A DNA stretch of 64,000 nucleotides, from contig SVCL01000191.1 of assembly GCA_015058405.1 (NCBI GenBank), positions 19,424 through 83,423 on the forward strand, read 5' to 3'. Source of the stretch: Clostridium sp. GTDB taxonomy: Bacteria > Bacillota > Clostridia > Clostridiales > Clostridiaceae. Positions 30,740-41,611 of the stretch are shown piece after piece (position 1 is the stretch's first letter; every line of letters begins with the position of its first letter). The notes beneath the pieces were generated by a model. It was given only the letters and a program-made list of their open reading frames with translations. It was not told the origin of the DNA and ran no database searches. Position numbers and translations under genes: made by a program.

Positions 30740-32173
30740 ATGAGTAAAGATAAAAAAGATATTAAAAGTATATATGGACTTTCTCCTATGCAAACTGTAA
30801 TGCTATTTAATTCAATAAAAAGCGCAAACAATGACGATGATCCTTATTTCAGACAATATTTAATTGATATACAAGGTGAAGTATGCGTTGAAAATTTAAA
30901 AAAGAGTATGCAGTTAATTATTGAAAGATATGATATTTTACGAACAGCTTTTGTTTATGAAAAAGTTAAACAACCAGTACAAGTAGTTTTTAATAGTAGA
31001 GAAATATCTATAGGATACGAAGATTTATCTAATTTAGATGAAGAGAAGCAAAAAGATGCTATAGATAAAATGATGAAAGAAGATAAGAAGATTAAATTTA
31101 ACTTATCAAAAGATGTTCTAAACAGAATGAAATTAATTAAGTTATCAGATAAGAAATATAAACTTTTATGGAGTAATCATCATATTTTAATGGACGGTTG
31201 GTGTGGAAGTATAATTCTTAATGAATTTTGTGATATTTATGAATCGCTTCAAGAAAATAAGAGAGTAAATTTACCAGCTGTAAATCAATATAGTGAATAC
31301 ATAAATTGGTTAAAGAAATATAATAAAAATGAAGCTTTAATGTATTGGAAAAAGTATTTAGCTGGATATAAAAATAAAACTAGTATACCGACTAATAAAA
31401 CTAATAAAATATATGAATACAATGAATTAGTATTGAAGCTAAATAAAGAAACTACCAGTAGATTGAAAAAATTTGCATTAGATAATCAAGTTACTTTATC
31501 AATAGTAGTAGATATTTTATGGGGATTACTTTTACAGGCTTACAATGAAACAAATGATTCAATGTTTGGAATGGTTGTATCAGGAAGAATGGCTCCTGTT
31601 GATGGAATTGAAAAAATGGTAGGTCTATTTATAAATACTATTCCAATGAGAATTAAGATATCAAATAGTACAAGTTTTTCAGATTTAAAAAATCAAGTAC
31701 AACAAGCAGTTATATATGGAGAAAAATATAGTAGTGTTTTATTAACTGAAATGTTGTCAGCAGCTAGCATAAATAATGATATGTTAGATCATATGGCTGT
31801 ATTTGAAAACTATCCAAGTGATGGTATTATAAAGAATAAATATTTTAGCTGCAAATTCATGAATTCAGCAGAAAAGACAAATTATGATTTTAATGTTTTA
31901 TTTTATCCAGGGGACGAAATAGAAGCTAGATTTACTTATAATAAAAATATGTATAGTGAAGAAATTATTAAAGTAATAATTAGTCATTTAGAAAAGTTAT
32001 CTAATAGTATTATTAAAGATGCAGATAAAACTTTATTAGATGAAAAGTTGAAAAAAGAATTGTTATTTGAATTAAGAGAAAAGCTAATAGATATAGAATG
32101 TGCTGATATTCTTAATGAAAAATTAAGCTTTTCTGAAGTTATTCCACAAGATGAAGGAAGCTTTACATTTTAA
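30740..32173 (+). CDS. Stand-alone condensation domain (DCL-type)
   Basis: IYGLSPMQ, RYDILRTAF, HHILMDGWC, VGLFINTIP; no A or PCP domain; ends QDEGSFTF. Confidence 0.92.
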   Translation: MSKDKKDIKSIYGLSPMQTVMLFNSIKSANNDDDPYFRQYLIDIQGEVCVENLKKSMQLIIERYDILRTAFVYEKVKQPVQVVFNSREISIGYEDLSNLDEEKQKDAIDKMMKEDKKIKFNLSKDVLNRMKLIKLSDKKYKLLWSNHHILMDGWCGSIILNEFCDIYESLQENKRVNLPAVNQYSEYINWLKKYNKNEALMYWKKYLAGYKNKTSIPTNKTNKIYEYNELVLKLNKETTSRLKKFALDNQVTLSIVVDILWGLLLQAYNETNDSMFGMVVSGRMAPVDGIEKMVGLFINTIPMRIKISNSTSFSDLKNQVQQAVIYGEKYSSVLLTEMLSAASINNDMLDHMAVFENYPSDGIIKNKYFSCKFMNSAEKTNYDFNVLFYPGDEIEARFTYNKNMYSEEIIKVIISHLEKLSNSIIKDADKTLLDEKLKKELLFELREKLIDIECADILNEKLSFSEVIPQDEGSFTF

Positions 32174-32187
32174 AATATTATAGTAGG

Positions 32188-32228
32188 AAAATTCTCTTTT
32201 ATAACTAGGTTATAAAAGAGAATTTTTT
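32188..32228 (+). terminator. Intrinsic terminator inside the NRPS operon
   Basis: 18-bp perfect stem AAAATTCTCTTTTATAAC / GTTATAAAAGAGAATTTT, loop TAG, T run at 32223-32228, between co-directional NRPS genes. Confidence 0.7.
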
Positions 32229-32278
32229 CGTGCTAAAAAATATATATTATTTTACATTAAAATGAAGGGAGAAATTTT

Positions 32279-35200
32279 ATGTTTAATGATTCTAAAGAAA
32301 CAGATTTAGAAAAGTTAAAAAGGCAACGTTCATATTGGATGAATAAATTATCAGATTATCTTTGTGAAAATAAGTTTCCATATAATAATGTAATTAACGG
32401 AGATAAAGAATATATTATTGAGAAATATACAGTAGATAATGAAATGTTATTAAGTTTAAAGAATATATCTGGTAACTCTAAAAGAAGATTATATGTTTTA
32501 TTAGTATCTTGTATGTGTATATTACTTTATAAAAATACTAAGAAAAATAAAATGGTAATAGGTTCGCCTATCTTAAAGCAAAAAGAGAAAAAAGAATATA
32601 TAAACACATTAATTCCTATAGTGGCAGATTTAAATGATGATATATCCTTTAAAGAATTAGTACTATCAATAAATGAGACAATGCTTGAAGCTTACGATAA
32701 TCAAGATTATCCAATGAAAAATATAATAGAAAATTTAAAGAGGGATAGTAAAAAGGATGATTTAGAATTATTCTCTATAAATACTAGAGAACATAGTATT
32801 CATGAAAATTGTTATGATGAAGAATTGAAAAGAGAATTAAATTTACAATTTTCAATAAATGATAAGAATATAGAGATTAATGTAGAATATAATTCTTCTT
32901 ATTACGTAAAAGACTATATTGATACTTTGATTAATCAATATAAAAATATAATTAAAGTAGCTTGTAATAATCCTAAAGTGATGCTTAAAGATATATCTTT
33001 AATATCATTAGAGGAAGTAGATTTAATATTAAATAAATTTAATAATACTAAAACTAATTACCCTAGCGGAAAGAGCGTTAAAGATATTTTTGAAGAAACA
33101 GCAAGAGAAAATAAAGATAAGATAGCTGTTGTATCAGGAGACAGAAGTTTAACTTATGGAGAATTAGATGAAAAATCTAATCAAATAGCTCATTCCTTAA
33201 TTGGCCAAGGAATTGAAAATAATGATGTTGTAGCTATATTATGCGATAAAAGTATAGATACAATAGTAGGAATATTAGGAATAGTAAAAGTGGGTGCAGC
33301 TTATTTACCAATTGATACAAGCTATCCTAAAAGCAGAGTAGATTATATGGTATCTGATAGTAAAGCAAAAGTATTACTATTGCGACAAGATTCTATTGAT
33401 AATAAGGTTGTTAAGGATTTACCTTTAAATAGAATTGTTATAGATAGTAAAGAGGTTCTATTAGAAGATAAGGAAGCGGTTAATAGAGTAGTATCAGCGC
33501 AAGATTTAATATATATTATATATACCTCAGGAAGTACTGGAAAACCTAAAGGTGTATGTGTTATGAATAAAAATGTAGTTAGATTAGTTAAGAATACTAA
33601 TTATGTAGAATTCAAAAAGGAAGATAGAATATTACAAACAGGTTCTATAGCATTTGATGCATCAACTTTTGAGGTATGGGGATCATTATTAAATGGTTCA
33701 GCTTTATATGTAGAAAGCAAAGATATAATACTAGATAGTAATGTAATTAAAGATTATATTAATAAAAATAATATTTCAGTTATGTGGTTGACTTCTCCAT
33801 TATTTAATCAATTATGTGAAGATAAAGTTGAGATTTTTTCTAACTTAAGATATTTGATAGTAGGAGGAGATGTAGTATCTCCGAAGTATGTAAATAAGGT
33901 AAGAAAAATTAATGATAGTATTGTAATAGCTAATGGATACGGACCAACAGAAAATACAACTTTCTCTACTGTTTATTTAATAGATAAAGATGTAGATGAA
34001 GAAAAAACAATACCAATAGGAAAACCAATATCAAATTCAACTGCCTATGTATTAGATAAAAATCAAAATTTAGTACCAATAGGTACAATAGGTGAATTAT
34101 ATGTTGGTGGTGAAGGTGTAGCAAAAGGGTATTTAAATAGAGAAGATTTAACAAAAGAAAAGTTTATAGAAAATCCTTTTAATAAATCAGAAAGATTGTA
34201 TAGAACAGGGGATAAAGTAAGGCTGCTAAAAGACGGAAATATAGAGTTTTTAGGTAGAATAGATTATCAAGTAAAAATAAGAGGATTTAGAATAGAGTTA
34301 CAGGAAGTAGAAAGAAGAATATTAGAACATGAAAATGTTAAAGAAGTTGTAGTATTAGATAAGTTAGATAAGCATGGAAGTAAATGTTTAGCAGCTTATA
34401 TAGTGGGAGAAAATGAAATAAAAGCATCAGAAATTAGGGCGTATTTAATAGAAAGATTACCTGATTATATGATACCTTCTGAATTCTATATTATTGAAAA
34501 GATGCCATTAAATCAAAATGGAAAAGTTGATAGAAAAGAATTACTTCTATTAGAAGCTAAGGAAGATAGTAGCGAAGAGTGTTGTAAAGGTAGAAATGAA
34601 ATAGAAAATTTATTAATTGATATATGGGAAAGTGTTTTAGTAAGGAAAGGAATTGGAATATATAATGATTTCTTTACTTTAGGTGGAGATTCTATAAAGA
34701 TAATTCAAGTTCTTTCTCAATTAAGAAAATATAACTATAAATTAAATGTACAAGATTTCTTTAATTATCCAACAATTTCAGAATTAGCTCTTCATATTAA
34801 AACTATTGATGAAGAAATAGATCAAAAGTTAGTTGTAGGAAAAACTAATTTAACACCTATTCAAGAGTGGTTTTTTAATGAAAGTAATAACGAAATAAAT
34901 CACTTTAATCATTCTGTAATGATTTTCAAAGAAGATGGATTTGATTTAAAAGTATTAAAGAAAACATGTCATAAGTTAATTGAACATCATGATGCATTAA
35001 GAATGACTTATAAATTTGAAAATGATAAGATTACTGGATTTGTTAATGATCTAAATGAAAATAGCTTAAAATTTAAAGTTATAGATTTAAGAAATAGCGA
35101 TTATTATGAAGATATAATAGAGCAAGAAACAATGAAAGAGCAAAAATCAGTAGATATAAGAAAGGAATCACTTACTAGATTTGTTTTATTCAAAACACCA

Positions 35201-37669
35201 ATAGGTGATAAATTATTAATAATAGTACATCATTTGGTGATAGATGGTGTTTCATGGAGAATATTGTTAAGAGACTTAGAATTAGGATATTCTCAAGGAA
35301 TAAAGGATGAAGAAATTACATTTGATAAAAAGACTATTTCTTATAAAAAGTGGTCAGAAATATTAGAAGATTATTCTACAGGTGAAAAGTTAAGAAGAGA
35401 AAAATTATATTGGAATAAGATAGTTCAAAAAGACATTAAGAAACTTCCTAAATTAGTAGATGCTAAGTCAGATAATATTAAAGATGGACAGACTATTACT
35501 GTTGAATTAGATAAAGCTGCAACAGTAGATTTGTTAGAAAAGACTAGTAAAGCTTTCAACACAGAAATTAATGATATATTATTATCAGCATTACAAATAA
35601 GCTTGTATAAGTGGATAGGCAATGGAGAAATAGCTATAAATCTTGAAGGACATGGTAGAGAGGCAATAGTAGAAAACGTTGAATTGAGTAATACTATAGG
35701 ATGGTTTACTTCCTTATATCCAGTAATATTAGATTTAAAACAAAATGATAATGTTGGATATATGATAAAGAATTTGAAAGAAAGATTAAGAAAGATACCT
35801 AATAAAGGAGTAGGTTATGGAATATTAAAATATATAACTGCTCAAAAGGAAGAATCTATTGTTAATCTTAATTTTAAACCAGAGATAAGCTTTAACTATA
35901 TGGGACAATTTGATATGAACTTAAATAGTGATATTTTTAAGATCGATGAGTTCTTATTAAAATCTTCAGTTAGTGAAGAAGTAAGAAGAAACTTTGCTAT
36001 AGATATAGTTGGAATAATGATAAATGAAAATATAGTTTTTAGATTTAATTATAATAAAGAAGAGTTTGATAAAGAAACAATAACTTCCTTTGCTAATAAT
36101 TATATTGAAGCATTAAAAGAAATAATAGACTTCTGTAAATCTGTAAAAGAGACAGAATATACTCCTTCAGATTTTGGCGATAATACTTTAACAATAGATG
36201 AATTGAATATCATAAAAGATAAATGCGGAAAAAATATAAAGAAAATTTATCAGCTAACACCTTTGCAAGAAGGTATGGTTTATCATTCATTAGTAGGGGA
36301 TGAATCAGGAAATTATGTAGTTCAATCTGTCATGGATTTTAAAGGAATATTAGATGAAAATTTATTTATAAAGGCTTTTGATTTAGTACTTAATAAATAT
36401 GAAATTTTCAGAAGTAGAATTTTCTATAAAAATATAGATAAGATAAGACAAGTTATTTTGAAAAAGTCAGAAATAGAATATGTATATGAAGACATATCAA
36501 ACTTTGATTTAGATACTAGAAAAGAAAAGTTTGATAATTTCATAGAAGAGGATAGACAAAGAGGATTTGACTTAGAGCAAGATAGTTTAATGAGAATAGC
36601 TATATTTAGAGATAAGACAGATATGTACAAGGTAGTTTGGAGTTTCCATCATGTTATTTTAGATGGATGGTGTTTAGGAATTGTATTAAATGATATCTTT
36701 ACTTTCTATAGAGAATTAAAACTTAATAGAAACGTGGAAAGTAAAGAAAGTGTAGAATTTGGTGAATATATAAAATGGCTAGCTGAAAAAGATAAGGAAG
36801 AAGCTAGAACTTATTGGAGAGAGTATTTAAAAGATATAAAAGATATCGTGGGATTCTCTAAATTAAAAGAAGATAATCCTAATAAACCTAAGTCAAAGAA
36901 TACTAATTTATTTAAAATTAATGAAGAATTATTAGAAAAACTTAATAAAAAGGCTTCAGAAAATAAGGTGACATTAAGTAATATAATTCAATCTATATGG
37001 GGAATTTTATTAAGTAAATATTGTAATAGTTCAGATATTGTATTTGGTTCTGTAATATCAGGTAGATCAGGTGACTTTGAAGGAATTGAAAATATGGTTG
37101 GTTTATTTATAAATACTATACCAATAAGAGTTAATTTAAATAATGAAACTAATTTCAAAGATATAGTTACAAAGATGCAAAAAGATCAAGTACAAAATGA
37201 GAAGTTTAGTTATTATCCTCTTATTAAGATACAAAGAGATAATAATATAGAAACTGATTTAATTGACACTATTATAGCTTTTGAAAATTATCCTTTAAGT
37301 ATAGATAAGATAAATGAAGAGCTAAGTCAAACTGATTTAGAGATAGATAAGGCATATTCTATAGAGCAAACAAATTATGATTTTGAAATTGTAATTATAC
37401 CAGGAAAAGAATTAGAGGTTAGTTTTGTATACAATTCAAATGCATATAGTGAAGAATTTGTAAATAGAGTTTCTTCAGATATGCAAAAGATAATAGAAAT
37501 AGTAAGCGAAGATTTTTCAATAAATATAAGCGAAATTAATTTACTAGGAAATAGTGAAAAGGAAAAATTAATAAAGCAATATAGAGAAGAAGTTTCCTTA
37601 AATAATATCAATTATACAGGAAATGAAGAAGCAGCTTTAAGTGAAGATGATATAGATTTTGATTTTTAA
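32279..37669 (+). CDS. NRPS 2: half-C - A(Val) - PCP - E - C(DCL)
   Basis: N-terminal ~250 aa resemble the C-terminal lobe of a C domain with no HHxxxDG. A code DAFWIGGTFK (Val). PCP GGDSI; E HHLVIDGVSW; C HHVILDGWC; ends EDDIDFDF. Confidence 0.92.
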   Translation: MFNDSKETDLEKLKRQRSYWMNKLSDYLCENKFPYNNVINGDKEYIIEKYTVDNEMLLSLKNISGNSKRRLYVLLVSCMCILLYKNTKKNKMVIGSPILKQKEKKEYINTLIPIVADLNDDISFKELVLSINETMLEAYDNQDYPMKNIIENLKRDSKKDDLELFSINTREHSIHENCYDEELKRELNLQFSINDKNIEINVEYNSSYYVKDYIDTLINQYKNIIKVACNNPKVMLKDISLISLEEVDLILNKFNNTKTNYPSGKSVKDIFEETARENKDKIAVVSGDRSLTYGELDEKSNQIAHSLIGQGIENNDVVAILCDKSIDTIVGILGIVKVGAAYLPIDTSYPKSRVDYMVSDSKAKVLLLRQDSIDNKVVKDLPLNRIVIDSKEVLLEDKEAVNRVVSAQDLIYIIYTSGSTGKPKGVCVMNKNVVRLVKNTNYVEFKKEDRILQTGSIAFDASTFEVWGSLLNGSALYVESKDIILDSNVIKDYINKNNISVMWLTSPLFNQLCEDKVEIFSNLRYLIVGGDVVSPKYVNKVRKINDSIVIANGYGPTENTTFSTVYLIDKDVDEEKTIPIGKPISNSTAYVLDKNQNLVPIGTIGELYVGGEGVAKGYLNREDLTKEKFIENPFNKSERLYRTGDKVRLLKDGNIEFLGRIDYQVKIRGFRIELQEVERRILEHENVKEVVVLDKLDKHGSKCLAAYIVGENEIKASEIRAYLIERLPDYMIPSEFYIIEKMPLNQNGKVDRKELLLLEAKEDSSEECCKGRNEIENLLIDIWESVLVRKGIGIYNDFFTLGGDSIKIIQVLSQLRKYNYKLNVQDFFNYPTISELALHIKTIDEEIDQKLVVGKTNLTPIQEWFFNESNNEINHFNHSVMIFKEDGFDLKVLKKTCHKLIEHHDALRMTYKFENDKITGFVNDLNENSLKFKVIDLRNSDYYEDIIEQETMKEQKSVDIRKESLTRFVLFKTPIGDKLLIIVHHLVIDGVSWRILLRDLELGYSQGIKDEEITFDKKTISYKKWSEILEDYSTGEKLRREKLYWNKIVQKDIKKLPKLVDAKSDNIKDGQTITVELDKAATVDLLEKTSKAFNTEINDILLSALQISLYKWIGNGEIAINLEGHGREAIVENVELSNTIGWFTSLYPVILDLKQNDNVGYMIKNLKERLRKIPNKGVGYGILKYITAQKEESIVNLNFKPEISFNYMGQFDMNLNSDIFKIDEFLLKSSVSEEVRRNFAIDIVGIMINENIVFRFNYNKEEFDKETITSFANNYIEALKEIIDFCKSVKETEYTPSDFGDNTLTIDELNIIKDKCGKNIKKIYQLTPLQEGMVYHSLVGDESGNYVVQSVMDFKGILDENLFIKAFDLVLNKYEIFRSRIFYKNIDKIRQVILKKSEIEYVYEDISNFDLDTRKEKFDNFIEEDRQRGFDLEQDSLMRIAIFRDKTDMYKVVWSFHHVILDGWCLGIVLNDIFTFYRELKLNRNVESKESVEFGEYIKWLAEKDKEEARTYWREYLKDIKDIVGFSKLKEDNPNKPKSKNTNLFKINEELLEKLNKKASENKVTLSNIIQSIWGILLSKYCNSSDIVFGSVISGRSGDFEGIENMVGLFINTIPIRVNLNNETNFKDIVTKMQKDQVQNEKFSYYPLIKIQRDNNIETDLIDTIIAFENYPLSIDKINEELSQTDLEIDKAYSIEQTNYDFEIVIIPGKELEVSFVYNSNAYSEEFVNRVSSDMQKIIEIVSEDFSINISEINLLGNSEKEKLIKQYREEVSLNNINYTGNEEAALSEDDIDFDF

Positions 37670-37685
37670 TAAGGAGTAGATAGAA

Positions 37686-40600
37686 TTGGATAGTAAGGTA
37701 ATTGAAAATATATTATTATCGGATAAAACTTATGCAATACAAAAAGAGTATTGGCAAGAAAAGCTTAATGAATGTAAGAAAACTACATTATTAAATAAAA
37801 GAGTTGAATCTGTGAAAGATTTAAATGTAGTAGAAAATTGTTTTGAAATACAGAATGAAATATTTCAAGGGTTAAAGAAAATATCAAAAGGAAAAGACTT
37901 AACTTTATATATTATTTTGCTTTCTATATTAAAAGCGATTTTATATAGATACACTGAAAAAGATGATATTGCAGTTTGGTCTCCTGTATATATGCAAAAG
38001 TGTACAGAAAAAACAATTAATGATTTTATAGTTATTAGAGATTCTGTAGATGGTAAGAACACATTAAAAAATATAATAATGAACGTAAAAAAGAGCTGTA
38101 TTGAAGGATACAATAATCAAGATTTTCCTTTAAGAAAATTTGTGGAAGAAGAAATAGAAGCAGAAATTGTATGTTCATTAAATACTATACATGATTCTAA
38201 CATTAAAGAATATCCAAAAGAAAGTGTAGTTCTTGCATTTGAAAGATATGAAGATAAGTTAGATCTTAAAGTAAAGTTTAATTCTAATAAATATACAACC
38301 TTAGAAATTGAAAGGTTTGTTAAGAACTATGAAGAAATGGCTAAAAACTTTACTAAGGACATTAATTTAGAATTAAGTAATACAGATTGTGTTGCTAATG
38401 AAGAAATAGACATAATAGAAAATAAGTTAAACAACACACAAGTAGAGCATTGTGATGATAAGTTATTAAATGAAATTTTTGAAAACAAAGTACTAGAATC
38501 TCCAGATAAAATAGCAGTTGTGTTTGGTGATAATAAGTTAACATATGATGAATTAAATAAGAAAGCCAATAAATTAGCGAGACAATTAAATAAATTAGGA
38601 ATAAAGGCAAAAGACATAGTTGGAATTATGATGGATAAGTCAGAAGAAACTATAATTGCTATGTTAGCTATTTTAAAGGCAGGGGCAGCTTATTTACCTT
38701 TAGGTATAGATTATCCAATAGAAAGAGTATTGGATATTAAGGAAAGTTCTAATCTTGAGTTTATAATAAGGGAAAACTTAAGGATAAATAGAATTGAAGG
38801 TGATAAATATGTTGAAGTTGATGCAATTGAAGAGATTAATAATTGTGAAAATCTAGAAAAGAATATATCACCTAACGATTTAGCTTATGTTATATATACA
38901 TCTGGTTCAACTGGAAAGCCAAAAGGGGTTATGGTTGAACATAGAAATGTAGTTAATGTATTAGAATGGTTTAATAGTTTAATGGATGCGGAAGTAGATT
39001 GTAATGTTTTACAACTTACCAACATCACTTTTGATGTTTCTGTAGAAGAGATATTTGGAGCTATTTTATTTGGTAGAACATTATTTATTCCAGATAAAGA
39101 AACTAGACTAAGTTATGAAAAGTTAAGAAGTTATATTGAGGAAAATAATATTAATATAGCTCAATTTGTACCAGTAACATTAAGAGAATTCTTAGTAGAA
39201 GGTAAAAAAATAGAATGTTTAAATAAAGTAGTTTGTGGTGGAGATAAATTAGATGATGATTTAAAGAATAAAATAGTATCTAAAGGATATAATTTATACA
39301 ATAATTATGGACCTACAGAAACTACAGTAGATGCTATATCTTTAAAATGTTCTAATGAAAAAGTTACTTTAGGAAAACCTATTGATAATACAAATGTATA
39401 TATTGTTAATGAGTTAAATAAACTTCAACCTATAGGTGCAATTGGTGAAATATGTATTGCAGGAAAAGGCGTAACAAGAGGATATATGAATAATGAAAAA
39501 CTTACAGCAGAGAAGTTTATAATAAATCCTTTTGGAACTGGAAAGCTATATAAGACAGGAGATCTTGGAAGATGGTTGGAAGATGGTACTGTTGAGTTCT
39601 GGGGAAGAGTAGATAATCAAGTTAAAATAAGAGGATTCAGAATAGAAATAGGAGAAATCGAAAACTTACTAAAATCATATAGCGAAATTAAAGAAGCAGT
39701 AGTTGTTGTAGAGCAAGATAAGTTTAATAATAAGAGTTTATGTGCATATTTTGAAGCAGCAAAAATTTTAAATGTTGAAGAAATTAAAAAATATCTGTTA
39801 TCTAAATTACCAAGTTATATGGTTCCAACATATTTAGTTCAAATAGATAAGATGCCATTAAAATCTAATGGTAAAATTGATACTAAACAGCTTAGTAGAA
39901 AAAAAGAAAATATAAATAGTTCATCAAATATTGAATTACCTAGAAATTATATAGAAGAACAATTAGTAGAGGTATGGAAGAATATACTTGGAAGTGAAGA
40001 GATAAGTATATCTAGTGACTTTTTTGAACTTGGAGGAGATTCTATAAAAGCTTTACAAATAGTATCTTCTTCTGCAAGAAAAGGATTAAAGTTAGAAGTT
40101 AAAGATATATTTGAAAAGAGAACAATTAAAGAATTAAGTCCTGATATTACTTTTAAGAGTAAATCTAATAATCAAGAAAGTGTTGAAGGTCCTGTTAAAT
40201 TATCTCCAATTCAAAAGTGGTTCTTTGAACAAAACTTCACAAATAGTAATCATTGGAATAATTCAATGATGATATTTAGCAAAGATGGATTTAAATTAGA
40301 CTTAGTTAAGAAGGTAGTAAATAAAATAGTAGAACATCATGATGCATTAAGAATGGTATATGACATTAAAGGTGAAAGTGTACTACAAACTAATTTGGCA
40401 TATAAAGAAAATATGATTGATGTAGAGGCTATAAATTTAAGAGATTTATTAAATTATAAGGCAGAAATAGAAAAAGAATGTGATAAGATCCAAAGTAATA
40501 TAGATTTAAATAATGGGCCATTAATAAATGTTAAGTTATTTAATACTATTGATGGAGATTATATAGTATTTGTAATACATCATCTTGTTATAGACGGAAT

Positions 40601-41585
40601 ATCATGGAGAGTATTACTAGAAGATTTTAATGAAGGATATATTGCTATACAAGAAGGAAAAGAAATAAAGTTACAAGATAAAACTGATTCTTATAAAGAA
40701 TGGGTAGATAATGTATATAAGTATTCTGAAAGCAAAAAATTGAAGAGAGAATTGAGCTATTGGAAAGAGATAGAAGACGAAAAGATAGATTTAATAAAAA
40801 AAGATATGAAAGCAGATAGTAATAAGATATTAGATAGTAAGTTATGTTCTATAAAATTATCTAAAGAGTATACTGAAAAGTTTATTAAGGATGTAAATGG
40901 AATATACAATACAAAAAGTAATGATATTTTATTAACTGCTTTACTAATTGCTTTAAACAAGTGGACATGTCTGGATAAGATACGTATAAATCTAGAAGGT
41001 CATGGTAGAGAAATGATATATCCAGATATAGATATTTCAAGAACAATTGGTTGGTTTACAACAACATATCCAGTTGTTTTATCAATGGAAAAAGGAAAAG
41101 ACTTATCTTATATGATAAGAAAAACAAAGGAAACTCTAAGAAAGACTCCTAACAATGGAATTGGATATGGAATTTTAAGATATATATCTAACTTCTCAGA
41201 TGAGGAAAATGTAAGTTTCAAATGTAATCCTGAAATTGGATTTAATTATTTAGGAGAATTTGATAAGGTTGCAACTACAAAGACTTTTGAACTTTCCGAT
41301 GTTTCATCAGGAATTCAAGTTAGTCCTCAAGGTGAAAGAATTACTGTGTTAGATATTAATGGAATGGTATTAAATAACGAATTAACTTTTACTTGTAATT
41401 ATAATACTAAAGAATACTTTGAAGAAACAATAAATAATCTTATGGAATTATTCAAGGATAACCTTATTGAAATAATAGATTATTGTACAAGTGGAACAGC
41501 AAAGCAAGTTACTCCTACAGATTTAGGAGATGCCAATATTTCAATAGATGATTTGGATAATATAATGAATTTACTAAATCAATAA
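37686..41585 (+). CDS. NRPS 3: half-C - A(basic residue?) - PCP - E (TTG start)
   Basis: A code read by eye as DVEQVGNVDK. PCP GGDSI; E HHLVIDGISW and EGHGRE; COM-donor-like tail TPTDLGDANISIDDLDNIMNLL. Confidence 0.9.
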   Translation: MDSKVIENILLSDKTYAIQKEYWQEKLNECKKTTLLNKRVESVKDLNVVENCFEIQNEIFQGLKKISKGKDLTLYIILLSILKAILYRYTEKDDIAVWSPVYMQKCTEKTINDFIVIRDSVDGKNTLKNIIMNVKKSCIEGYNNQDFPLRKFVEEEIEAEIVCSLNTIHDSNIKEYPKESVVLAFERYEDKLDLKVKFNSNKYTTLEIERFVKNYEEMAKNFTKDINLELSNTDCVANEEIDIIENKLNNTQVEHCDDKLLNEIFENKVLESPDKIAVVFGDNKLTYDELNKKANKLARQLNKLGIKAKDIVGIMMDKSEETIIAMLAILKAGAAYLPLGIDYPIERVLDIKESSNLEFIIRENLRINRIEGDKYVEVDAIEEINNCENLEKNISPNDLAYVIYTSGSTGKPKGVMVEHRNVVNVLEWFNSLMDAEVDCNVLQLTNITFDVSVEEIFGAILFGRTLFIPDKETRLSYEKLRSYIEENNINIAQFVPVTLREFLVEGKKIECLNKVVCGGDKLDDDLKNKIVSKGYNLYNNYGPTETTVDAISLKCSNEKVTLGKPIDNTNVYIVNELNKLQPIGAIGEICIAGKGVTRGYMNNEKLTAEKFIINPFGTGKLYKTGDLGRWLEDGTVEFWGRVDNQVKIRGFRIEIGEIENLLKSYSEIKEAVVVVEQDKFNNKSLCAYFEAAKILNVEEIKKYLLSKLPSYMVPTYLVQIDKMPLKSNGKIDTKQLSRKKENINSSSNIELPRNYIEEQLVEVWKNILGSEEISISSDFFELGGDSIKALQIVSSSARKGLKLEVKDIFEKRTIKELSPDITFKSKSNNQESVEGPVKLSPIQKWFFEQNFTNSNHWNNSMMIFSKDGFKLDLVKKVVNKIVEHHDALRMVYDIKGESVLQTNLAYKENMIDVEAINLRDLLNYKAEIEKECDKIQSNIDLNNGPLINVKLFNTIDGDYIVFVIHHLVIDGISWRVLLEDFNEGYIAIQEGKEIKLQDKTDSYKEWVDNVYKYSESKKLKRELSYWKEIEDEKIDLIKKDMKADSNKILDSKLCSIKLSKEYTEKFIKDVNGIYNTKSNDILLTALLIALNKWTCLDKIRINLEGHGREMIYPDIDISRTIGWFTTTYPVVLSMEKGKDLSYMIRKTKETLRKTPNNGIGYGILRYISNFSDEENVSFKCNPEIGFNYLGEFDKVATTKTFELSDVSSGIQVSPQGERITVLDINGMVLNNELTFTCNYNTKEYFEETINNLMELFKDNLIEIIDYCTSGTAKQVTPTDLGDANISIDDLDNIMNLLNQ

Positions 41586-41611
41586 AACATAAGTAATTTG
41601 GGGGAGTTATT

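Noticed and set aside
32251-32256. TTTACA as a TcdR/UviA-type -35 restarting transcription after the internal terminator
   Set aside because: Only 28 nt from the start codon, leaving no room for a -10, a TSS and the RBS.
29474-40352. Identical 21-mer GAACATCATGATGCATTAAGA at three sites
   Set aside because: It encodes the conserved EHHDALR motif of the three E domains under strong AT codon bias; not a spaced array or CRISPR.
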